NCBI RefSeq assembly: GCF_030684315.1
Contig: NC_081404.1
Span: forward strand, 18,109,140-18,173,139
DNA length: 64,000 nucleotides
Source: Stegostoma tigrinum
Lineage: Eukaryota
Direction of reading: 5' to 3'
A program made the position numbers and the translations under genes. The notes beneath the pieces were generated by a model. The model saw only the letters and a program-made list of their open reading frames with translations. It was not told the DNA's origin and searched no databases. Shown one piece after another: positions 36,101-45,789 of this stretch; within the stretch, counting starts at the first letter, position 1, and each line of letters begins with the position of its first letter.

Positions 36101-37472
36101 ACCGACCTTCCTGATCGCTGCTTCCATCTCCTGAACCCTTGCTGTGAGTAAGGGCCTAAGATAGGGATGTAGAGATGAAGAAAGGGAATGAGAGGGGCTG
36201 TGAGCAGGAGAGAGATGAGATGTGGAAGAGAGCCAGGTAGTAGGAGAGCTTGCTCCAAAACGGCACTGATCACATTATGCAATATTACATTTGTTCTATG
36301 AGGTGGAGGTGCTTGTGTTGGACTGGGGTGGACAAGGTTGGTGGCCTTTCTGACATTTATCCTAGTGTAAAATAACACTGAAGCAGTAGTCTTGATATTA
36401 AGCACACTCATTATAACTGTGAGATGAAAGCAGAGCAACACAATGATGCAGCTTAAAATGAGGACTGGCTGTATAAAATAGCAAATGAAATGAGATTTCA
36501 CAAGTAATTCTTACATTGGGCAGCAAATTCAACCATAACCAACACCTTTAGGTGGCAGGTTAATTTTTAAAAATTCTTCCACAAGATCCAACAAAGCGCT
36601 TTGTTCTTTTCACTGACCTTGAAGATGTGAACTACCACCTGTGTCTGTTTGAGGTACACTGCATGGAAATACTGCTGCACCCTCATGGTGTCCATGTGTT
36701 TTGATAGCTGATCATTGTTCTGATGGTGCCTCAATAATTCTGAATGGTCTTCAATCTTCTAAACAGACTCTGATTACGCTGTGTCACTATGCAACCTCAC
36801 GAGATAAGGAAGTCTTCCCCAATCCTGACTGCTTTCAGCCCAAACGATGGCTTCACAAGGATCAGAGTTTTCATCCCTATGCATCCATCCCATTTGGATT
36901 TGGCAAGAGGAGCTGCATTGGAAGAAGAATTGCAGAGTTAGAGATCTACCTAGCACTGTCTCGAGTAAGTTGGGGAATTTAGACTGTGCTGGGCACAATA
37001 GAAAATAGGTTTATTGTTTCATGGCCATGATATTTAATATTTTTACGTGAAATGGTTATAGCAGTAACTGACTCAGTAGTATGTGTAAGATTTGCATTAG
37101 CTTCTGACTTGTTAAATCATTTCTAGATGATGGTTTTATCAATAACTAGGAATAGGAGGAGGTCATTCAGCTCCTTCAGCCTGCTCCACAACTCAGCTAG
37201 ATGATGGCTGATCTGGACCGACTCAACTTGATTTACTTGCCTTTGCTCCATATCCCTTGCTTACCTGCTGAAAGATTCATCAATCTCAGTCTTGACATCT
37301 CCAATTATCTGCCAGCATTCGCAATATTTCATGATGGTGCATTTTGTTTTTTTTTCAGATTCTAATCCACTTTGAGGTGAGACCAGAGTTTAAGGGAGGC
37401 ATCGTTAAGCCAATGACTCGAACTCTGCTGGTGCCAGAGCAGGAAATCAATCTACAATTTATTGACAGATGA
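23982..37472 (+). CDS. CYP27B1: Mitochondrial cytochrome P450, 25-hydroxyvitamin D 1-alpha-hydroxylase: join(23982-24179,26383-26573,29677-29873,32592-32792,34084-34247,34665-34831,35428-35509,36767-36964,37359-37472), 503 aa
   Basis: Nine GT-AG exons, 1512 nt in frame. I-helix [10 protein letters not shown]-helix KEVLRLYP, PKRW, heme motif [13 protein letters not shown]27B1-like segments [32 protein letters not shown]. Lies next to METTL1, as in mammals. Confidence 0.93.
24280..24480 (-). mobile_element. HE1/V-SINE-like 3' fragment
   Basis: Reverse complement of the V-SINE body and tail. Confidence 0.7.
24905..25820 (+). mobile_element. Old degenerate Penelope-like element (GIY-YIG region plus terminus)
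   Basis: tctagtctattgcatttgctgctcacaatgcaatctcctctacatt ([18 protein letters not shown] pattern); terminus gatgctgccagacctgctg. Confidence 0.7.
25825..26210 (-). mobile_element. CR1-type LINE 3' tail
   Basis: [24 protein letters not shown] on the minus strand. Confidence 0.85.
26383..26573 (+). CDS. CYP27B1: CYP27B1 exon 2
   Basis: [26 protein letters not shown]...AYGLLTA; ttgttag / GTGAGT. Confidence 0.93.
27129..27352. mobile_element. Palindromic Penelope-derived element with back-to-back hammerhead motifs
   Basis: 92-bp inverted arms at 27167-27258 and 27261-27352 (1 mismatch, 2-nt spacer); TSD TACTAGCTTCCA at 27117-27128 and 27353-27364. Confidence 0.9.
27264..27291 (+). ncRNA. Minimal type-I hammerhead ribozyme motif (Penelope type)
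   Basis: CTGATGA-A-GGGT(CTAG)GCCC-GAAA-CGTC; mirror copy on the minus strand at 27228-27255. Confidence 0.7.
27812..28355 (-). mobile_element. CR1/L2-group LINE 3' fragment
   Basis: [17 protein letters not shown] on the minus strand; same family as 40060-40660, 43145-43490, 58157-59750 and 61615-62320. Confidence 0.7.
29677..29873 (+). CDS. CYP27B1: CYP27B1 exon 3
   Basis: [19 protein letters not shown]...EEFYKFGLE; ttgcag / GTAAGG. Confidence 0.93.
29920..30250 (-). mobile_element. HE1/V-SINE-like SINE
   Basis: Near full-length reverse complement of 42340-42640. Confidence 0.8.
31095..32268 (+). mobile_element. CR1-type LINE fragment (RT to 3' end)
   Basis: [44 protein letters not shown]...[10 protein letters not shown]. 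Confidence 0.85.
32592..32792 (+). CDS. CYP27B1: CYP27B1 exon 4
   Basis: [13 protein letters not shown]...WDYMFSF; ttccag / GTAATT. Confidence 0.93.
34084..34247 (+). CDS. CYP27B1: CYP27B1 exon 5
   Basis: KGHIDRR...[15 protein letters not shown]; tttcag / GTAAGT. Confidence 0.93.
34665..34831 (+). CDS. CYP27B1: CYP27B1 exon 6
   Basis: [15 protein letters not shown]...KAVVKEVLR; cctatag / GTGAGG. Confidence 0.93.
35428..35509 (+). CDS. CYP27B1: CYP27B1 exon 7
   Basis: [27 protein letters not shown]; tcttag / GTAAGC. Confidence 0.93.
36767..36964 (+). CDS. CYP27B1: CYP27B1 exon 8 (heme-binding Cys)
   Basis: [13 protein letters not shown]...[25 protein letters not shown]; aaacag / GTAAGT. 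Confidence 0.95.
37359..37472 (+). CDS. CYP27B1: CYP27B1 exon 9
   Basis: [10 protein letters not shown]...[19 protein letters not shown] then TGA; acceptor tttcag. Confidence 0.93.
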   Translation: MLIHFEVRPEFKGGIVKPMTRTLLVPEQEINLQFIDR

Positions 37473-38704
37473 CCATGTCCACAGGACTCTTTCACAGTTA
37501 AAACTAAGAAAAAGAAACTTGCCAAATCAGGTTATATCATTTAGCCAATTTGATGGGGAATCATGAGTGGGCCATTGTCAGCCCAGTGCTGAATCCACAA
37601 ATATGACCAGTGCAGCCCAAAGGCTGAGGCCACAAGGTCTAAATGCTCGTGGTAATTGGAGAAAAGACTGTATATCACATATACATTATAACCTTACCAT
37701 GTCTTCGAAAAATTTCAAGATGTTTCACAATCAACTAAGTTGAAATCTGCGGACCATTTCATTTGGAAGTCATCTTTGGAAAGTGAAAACTCTCTCAAAC
37801 TGCAAAAATATGGGACAATATTTATTGACTAAGCTAGGAAGGGCAGACCAGGTTGAAAAGATTTTAGTCCACCTTAATTTAGTTTTTATTACTGGGTTAC
37901 AATGCTGAGGGCATGGATGCATTGGCAAGGGGATATACTGATTTTTGTTTAATAAGGTCCTCTGGCTAGATGGTGTGGCCCCCATTTTCAGGGTGGTTGT
38001 ACAAATAATTTAACTTGCACTGAACATATTACACAAACTGTTGCAAATTATTGAGATAAAATAATGAAAAAATTAATCACACCATATTCCTGGTAAATAG
38101 AACAAGTTGAATTCAGGAATTTATTAATGGTCGAGGTGGTGACCTTGAGAGAGCAGTGCTGGTAGATTATGGTTGCCAGAAATTTATTTGAAAACAGGAA
38201 GGTGAATAACACCATAATATCTGTTGGGTACAAATAGTTCTTTTTATAGACGTTGCAAAAGTGATTTGTTAGAGCACTTCAACCAGTGACTGAAACATAG
38301 TCCAACAGACAACAACACTACACTCCTTCCTGAAATACGCCATCACCACCATGTCACCTGGTGTAATGATCACTGATCAATTCTATTCAAATCTGGGCAA
38401 TGATCTTCCTTTAATTTCAAGTCTTAGTTTTGTCTTCTTTGAAAGGGAATTTTGACAATTTATCCTCATTTTGTATCTGAGACACTAGTATCAGTAGATA
38501 TGGTTGTTTTGTGTGCATTTGTTTGACTTTCAGTGTAAATGTGTGCAATGATTTGAAATTCTTTTAGGCATATGTACATTGTATTGATAATTTAAAATAT
38601 TTCGTAATTTTGATTTTTGAAGTCTGTTTAGAATGAGATTATCCAGTTATACACTACAGATCAGACTGGGCAAAGATGGCAGATTCCAATCAACCCTCAC
38701 ACAC

Positions 38705-39050
38705 TCGGGGGAATTGGTGGTATAGTGGTAAAGTCACCAGACTAGTAACCCAGAACCCAAGCATGTTTCCAGGAAATGGGTTCAAATCACCTCAGGGCAG
38801 ATGGTGAAATTTGAATGCAATAAAAATCTGGAATTAGAAGCTAATGGTGACCAGGTAACCATTGTCAATTGTTATAAAAAACTCCTCTGATTCAAAATAT
38901 CTTTTTAGGGAAGGAAATGTATTGTTTTGGCCTACGTGTGATTCCAGACACACAGCAATGTTGGTGACTCTTAACAACCCCCTGGGCAATTAGGGATGGG
39001 TAATAAATGCTGTCCTAGCCAGCAATGCTCACATCCCACGAATGAACTAA
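38705..39050 (+). mobile_element. tRNA-derived SINE
   Basis: Same family as 18712-19160. Confidence 0.7.
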
Positions 39051-40059
39051 AAACCACAAGCACAGACCGTAGTGAATTAAACAGGCTGGCTGTTTTGTAA
39101 GTCATTGAAACTAACTTTTTATCCCAGACCTATTATCCCAGGCCACTGTGCTACTGTCTCCATGTTTTAAAAAAAGCACTAATCATTTGCAAATAAAACA
39201 GTTCAAAACAAGATTTAAGAACCGTAAAAATGAAATGCTCATTTTTAGAGGTGCTAAGGTAAGCTTTTAAATATTAGTAATGGCAGACTTGCTGATATCA
39301 GATGTACAGGGTAAGACTCTCAAAACTAGTTACATTTCATTCCTCTTTATGGACTGAATACAAGAGACTTTTATTTATTACACTCAGCAGACATGTTTTT
39401 GCTGTCCAACAGCAATTTCTGTCAGACAGTGGCCTGAGTTTGGAGTCTTCACTGATAATGTTAAGGGGCATTTCAATCAGTTTTTGCTGACCTACTTCTT
39501 GCTCCTGGTCACTATTCATCCATCCCTGCTGGATACTGGGTGTGAAGTAGGAAAGGAGCCAGGAGGGTTCCAAAGAAGAGTCATTGGAGTTGAAACATTA
39601 ATTTTGTTTCCCTCTCCACAGATGCTGCTAGACCTGCTGAGTTTCTCCAGCACTTGTTTTTATTCCAGATCTCCAGCATCTGCAGTACTTTTGCTTTCAT
39701 TCAGGAGAACATCTACCTACAGCCCTCCACTGATGAATTCCTGCCAACATTTACTTTGGCATCGTGCAGAGGTAACTTGTGCCTGTCAAATTAAGTAACA
39801 CATTTATAGGCTACCATTAATAACTTCAGGATGTACCAAAATGAGATATAGCCAATGCTGAGTTCTTTGTTTGAAACGTAGTCACTGTTGTAATCTAGAA
39901 GATGTCACAGATAATTATTTGCACAGCAAACTCTCACAAACAATGAAGAGAAAATGACTTGTGGTTGAGGGATAAATATTGACCAGGACACTGGGGGAGC
40001 CACCCCTGCACTTCTTTAAATAGTGTCTATTGGGTCTTTTGTATTCAACTTGCAACTGA

Positions 40060-40660
40060 TGTGAAACTGAACTGGACTAGCCAAATAAAATACCATCGCT
40101 TCAAGAGCAGGTCAAAGGCAAGGAATACAGCAGTTAATAACTCAACTTGTGACTCCCCAGTCTTGTCCACCATCAACAAGGCACAAGTCAGGGATGTGAT
40201 GGAATACTCCCCACTTGCCTGGGTGGTTGCAGTTCCAACAACACTCAAGAAGCTCAACACCATCCGACAAAGCAGCCCACCTGATTGGCACCATAGCCAC
40301 AAACACTTACTCCCTCCAGAATTGATGGATAGTAGCAGGAGTGTGTGGCATTTATAAGATGCAGTGCAGAAATTTACCAAGACTCCTCAGGCAGCATCTT
40401 CCAAACCCACAACCACTGCCATCCAGAAGGACACATAGGAACACCACTTCCAAGCCACTTACCATCCTGACTTGGAAATATATCGCCATTCCCTAAATGT
40501 TCTCAGGTCAAAATCCTAGAATTCCTTTCCTAAGGGCACTGTGGGTCTACCTACAGCACATGGTCTGCAGCAATTCAAGAAGCCGCATCTTCTTAAAGGC
40601 AATTAGGGATGGGCAATAAATGCTGGGCTGGCCTAGTCTGTGATTCTCACGTCCTGTGAT
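40060..40660 (+). mobile_element. CR1/L2-group LINE 3' fragment
   Basis: LSTINKAQVRDVMEYSPLAW; tail ggcaattagggatgggcaataaatgctgg. Confidence 0.75.
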
Positions 40661-40726
40661 TTTTTAAAACTAAAACTGAGAGGACAGATGGAGTCTGCCT
40701 GGCAGTGCAGCACTCTCTCAGTAATG

Positions 40727-41419
40727 AAATGTGAGGCTGGATGAACACAGCAGGCCAAGCAGCATCTCAGGAGCACAAAAGCTGACATTTCGGGCCTAGA
40801 CCCTTCATCAGAGAGGGGGATGGGGTGAGGGTTCTGGAATAAATAGGGAGAGAGGGGGAGGCGGACCGAAGATGGAGAGAAAAGAAGATAGGTGGAGAGG
40901 AGAGTATAGGTGGGGAGGTAGGAAGGGGATAGTTCAGTCCAGGGAAGATGGACAGGTCAAGGAGGTCAGATGAGGTTAGTAGGTAGGAGATGGGGGTGCG
41001 GCTTGGGGTGGGAGGAAGGGATGGGTGAGAGGAAGAACAGGTTAGGGAGGCAGAGACAGGTTGGACTGGTTTTGGGATGCAGTGGGTGGAGGGGAAGAGC
41101 TGGGCTGGTTGTGTGGTGCAGTGGGGGGAGGGGACGAACTGGGCTGGTTTTGGGATGCGGTGGGGGAAGGGGAGATTTTGAAGCTGGTGAAGTCCACATT
41201 GATACCATTAGGCTGCAGGGTTCCCAAGCGGAATATGAGTTGCTGTTCCTGCAACCTTCGGGTGGCATCATTGTGGCACTGCAGGAGGCCCATGATGGAC
41301 ATGTCATCTGAGGAATGGGAGGGGGAGTTAAAATGGTTCGCGACTGGGAGGTGCAGTTGTTTGTTGCGAACCGAGCGGAGGTGTTCTGCAAAGCGGTCCC
41401 CAAGCCTCCGCTTGGTTAC
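40727..41419 (-). mobile_element. Young 5'-truncated Penelope-like element with 16-bp TSD
   Basis: Open GIY-YIG C-terminus TKRRLGDRFAEHLRSV...VANHFNSPSH...EQQLIFRLGTLQPNGINVDF; hammerhead on the minus strand at about 40783-40810; CACTCTCTCAGTAATG at 40711-40726 and 41420-41435. Confidence 0.9.
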
Positions 41420-41444
41420 CACTCTCTCAGTAATGTTTCTTTGA

Positions 41445-41558
41445 CAATGTAACATCCCTGAGTGCTGACCATCTGATGGGGTGATACTCCCTCAGTACTG
41501 CTCCTGCAACAGTGCAGCTCTCCCTTGGGACCAACCCTCTGTCGGTGCAGTACCCTTT
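41445..41558 (+). repeat. Degenerate ~32-bp tandem minisatellite (gcagcactccctcagtactgaccctc-like)
   Basis: Several diverged units; the first unit at about 40702 is split by the Penelope insertion. Confidence 0.5.
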
Positions 41559-41559
41559 T

Positions 41560-42130
41560 AGACCATAAGACATACAAGTGGAAATACGGCCATTCGGCCC
41601 ATCAAGTCCACTCCACCATTTAAATCATGGCTGATGGGCATTTCAACTCCACTTCCCTGCACTCTCCCCGTAGCTCTTGATTCCTTGTGAGATCAAGAAT
41701 AGGTCGATCTCTGCCTTGAAGGCATCCAACGTCCCGGCCTCCACTGCACTCTGTGGCAATGAATTCCACAAGCCCACCACTCTCTGGCTGCAGAACTGTC
41801 TCCTCATTTCTGTTTTAAATTTACCCCCTCTAATTCTAAGGCTGTGCCCACGGGTCCTAGTCTCCCCGCCTCACGGAAACAACTTCCCACCATCCACCCT
41901 TTCTAAGCCATACATTATCTTGTAAGTTTCTATTAGATCTCCCCTCAACCTTCTAAACTCTAATGAATACAATCCCAGGATCCTTAGCCATTCATCATTT
42001 GTCAAACCTACTATTCCAGGGATCATCCATGTGAATCTCCACTGGACATGCTCCAGGGCCAGTATGTCCTTCCCGAGGTGTGGGGCCCAAAATTGGACAC
42101 AGTATTCTAAATGGGGCCTAACTAGAGCTA
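41560..42130 (-). mobile_element. CR1-type LINE 3' fragment
   Basis: [32 protein letters not shown]...[13 protein letters not shown]. Confidence 0.88.
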
Positions 42131-42339
42131 ACTTTTGGAACTGATCCACTGACAATGGGGCACTACTTCACTATTACACTGGAATGTCAACTTGGATCAT
42201 GTGCTCAAGTCACTGGCGTGAAACCTAAATCCTCAATTTTCTGACTCTGTAGTTGGAATGAGGTACCTACTGAGGCTGAGCAAGAGATCATTGTTTTCAA
42301 TACAGAAAGGAAGATGATTTACTGAGTAGAGAGGAGACA

Positions 42340-42640
42340 CAGCACGGTGGCTCAGCGGTTAGCCTCACAGCGCCAGGGACCCAGGTTCGATTCCCGCCTT
42401 GGGCGACCATCTGTGTGGAGTTTGCACATTCTCCCCATGTCTGTGTGGGTTTCCTTCGGGTGCTCTGGTTTCCTCCCACAGTCCAAAGATGTGCAAGTTA
42501 GGTGGATTGGCCATGCTAAATTGCCTGTAGTGTTCAGGGGTGTGTGGGCGATAGGGGGATGGGTCTGGGTGGGATGCTTCAAGGGTTGGTGTGGACTTGT
42601 TGGGCCAAAGGGCCTGTTTCTACACTGTAGGAAATCTAAT
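42340..42640 (+). mobile_element. HE1/V-SINE-like SINE, well preserved
   Basis: gcacggtggctcagcggttagc...ggttcgattcc...V-domain-like core...aatctaatcta tail. Confidence 0.85.
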
Positions 42641-44679
42641 CTAATAAATAGAATTTGGGTGGCATTCAGCACTGACTAATAGAAATTCTGTTTGCCTGTG
42701 GCAGAACAACCAACCATTGCAGAAAGAGTTACAGCAGTAGGTGAGACTGCTGTCTGCATATGCTACCAGCATCAATTCACAAACTGCACTCTTTATTGCT
42801 TACAGAACCTTTATGGGGCTATTGACCCAGAAATTTGGGTCAGGGCCAGAGCTAGATGGTACAAAGGTTCGACCCATTCGTAAGGCTCGTGTTCACAGGC
42901 AAATATAGTGTAATGTTTACAGAAATGAAGTATTACTGTAGCAATCTATTGTGTTCTATGCAGAAACACATAGCTAAAAGACTGACTAGAACTAGCTAAG
43001 TTCTTTCAGACTGTTTTCCCAATCACATGTGGACTGAAGTTTTTTTTGTTTCATGTCGGTTATGCCTGTTTTCATCCATAAGCACCCAAACCCCACGGCC
43101 TGGTTCCAGAGCAAGGCCAGCATGTGTCAACTAGCCTTTTCTTTAATCATTCATGGGAGTTAGCTACCACAGCCAGGGCAGCAATTTATTGTCCATCACT
43201 AATTGCCCTGAAAAGGTAATTATGTCTTATAAGCTGCCTTCTATCCGCTGCAGTCTGCTGTGTAGCACTTGCTGTTAGGGATGGACTTCCAGGGTTTTTG
43301 ACTTGGCATCACTGAAGGAATGCTAATATATTTCCAAGCCAGGATGCTGTGGGGCTTGGAGGGGAACTTTCAAGTAGTGGTGTTCCCATGCATCTGCTGC
43401 TCTTGATCTTTGAGATGTTATAGGTCATGGGTTTGGCAGGTGCTGCCAAAGGAGGCTTGGTGAATTCCTGCAGTCCAAATGTGCCTCCGCTGTGACCCCA
43501 TCTCAAGTATAGTTAGGTGCTTGTTTTTGGCTGGCGCAGACTCGAAGGGCCTTTTTCTGTGCTGTAGGTAATTCTGAAGCCCCAATTGAGATCAGCTGAC
43601 TCAGAACAAACCATATTCAGAAGCCTAAATTCCATCTTTAATACCATAGTGCTGTGTAAAATTTAATCCAGATGCACCAGGATTATACAGCTACAGGCCA
43701 TACTGAGAGCAAGATCTTGTCAGGCCTTTAGTTCGACCTCAATCTAGTTGAACCACTGACCAATAATACTAGATTTCAAACGGTGCAGTTCACTGAACAC
43801 AGGGCACCGTATAATCTCCACATTATATCACGCAGTTTTGAAAGCCAAAAAAAATGTCATTCCGGATGAGCTAATCAACATCCAACAAGTCAGCATCATT
43901 GTGTTTCTGCTTGTTTGGTTTTTCCAAGGTATAGCTCAGGCGATTTCAGACGGCCAGCAGCAAGTGAAGCAAGAACTGCCTACGTGGCAGGGGAACCGAG
44001 AGGGGAGTCCATGGCCAGAAGATACAAGTGAACATTGTCCCTCAGGAGCAGTAAATGTAATCAGTCTCACTGTACATTAAAAGAACCTTAACCCATTGAG
44101 AACAGCACATCTCTCAACCTGCAAGCAATACAAACCACTCCACTTTCTTACTTCACCCCATGCTGCCAATGTAACAGTGACAGCTCTTCAAAAAGAACTC
44201 AGTAGAGGTATAGTACTGTGTTAATTCATGCTGAGTTCACACAGGCTGGCAAGACGTAATGGGCTGGAATCCCAATGTTGGATGTGGATATATCAGAGAG
44301 TTACAGTGAAAACACTGACAGATCAGGTAGGAGAAAGGACAAAAATAACAAAGAACCCAGTGATCAAGTTAAATTAGTACAAGGGAAGTTATCAAGTCTT
44401 GGGTACTTTTGAACAATTCAGAATAAGCTGTCAGTATTAAAGACTAAACTCCTTGATTACAAATCAGTAGTGTCTGTGAGACTGGAACAGGGGCAGACCA
44501 TTCAGCCTCTCAAGGCTATTTTGCCATTTGAGCTTCGAGCACTGAATAATTGTAAAGTGAGAGCCTGGCAACACTAGACCGAGTGCGAGAACTCAGGAAG
44601 TTTGGTCAACCAGAACACGGACGGGTGAAAGCATAGCCCTTCAATATCAGGGTAAAGAAATGAAAAAAAATTAAAGAAA

Positions 44680-45000
44680 ATGGGAGGTGTTGGCTGATCA
44701 CTGTACTGTGAATCCAGAGACCCAGATAATGTTCTGGGGACATCGGTTGGAATCCCGCCACAGCAGATGGTGGAATTTGAATTCAGGCCATGAATTCACT
44801 GTTGATTGTTGGAAAAACCCATCTGCTTCACTCATGTCATTTAGAGAAGGAAACTGCCATCCTTACCTGGTCTAGCCTACATGTGACTCCAGACCCACAG
44901 CAATGTGGTTGACAATTAACTGCCCTCTGAGCAAAGAGGGATGGACAATAAATGCTGCCTGGCCAGGGACGCCCTCATTGCATAAATGAGTAAAGAATAA
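44680..45000 (+). mobile_element. tRNA-derived SINE
   Basis: Same family as 18712-19160. Confidence 0.7.
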
Positions 45001-45789
45001 AAGAGTTATCTTAATATTTATTATTTACATTACATTTAATTAAACAGCATTCTTGGAAGTGATATTCTTGTTACTTCCCAATATAAATACAGTCTCTGTG
45101 TTAAATAAACTGACATTTCCAGGCACAACAGGTTCACTTGAGTCCCGGCCCATACTGGCAGTTAACCATTGAGGCGAGTGCACTCAGCATGCCAGACAGC
45201 ATGATACCATCGTGATGGGTATTTGTCCTCAGGTCAATTACCATTATGTTACACTTAGGAAGTTACTCAGTATGCTGTTTAATCTCAGTCTGTACAATGG
45301 CATCCTCCCTGCTACCCCCAACCTTTTCAGATTTCATCGTAACATTCCATTATCAACTTGGAACACAGCAATTTATAATGGAAGAATAAGTGGATGATAA
45401 TTGGGGCGAGATTGAAACTCATTCAAAAGCAAATTGCACATAGATAAAATCAGAACTAAAGTTTATGTCTTTAAAATGAAAAGCAGAATTGCATTCACAA
45501 GCTCTATGACAACCTGCATTTATACAGTGTCTTTACTAAAGTTAAAACATCCCAAGACAGGAGTGCAATTCTGATAGATTTTGACATAAGCCAGTGTTGC
45601 AGTGTCATTTACAGCACAGGAGACGACCATTTGGCTTTCTCTGTGGAACAATCCAGTCAAAGCTATTCCCCTGCTTTATCCCTGTAGTCCTGCAAGTTTA
45701 TTTGCTTTAAGCGTTTATCCATTTTCCTTTCAAAATCATTCAATGTCTCCACCTACATCATCCTCACTGAAACTGAGTTCCAAGTTATT

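Noticed and set aside
40966-41444. Overlapping Pro/Gly/Trp-rich ORFs
   Set aside because: Alternative frames of the Penelope 3' region and its tandem repeat; only the GIY-YIG frame is meaningful.
42340-42400. tRNA gene candidates (also 4226, 18712, 28780, 38715)
   Set aside because: Box A/B heads run straight into SINE bodies and lack a full cloverleaf.
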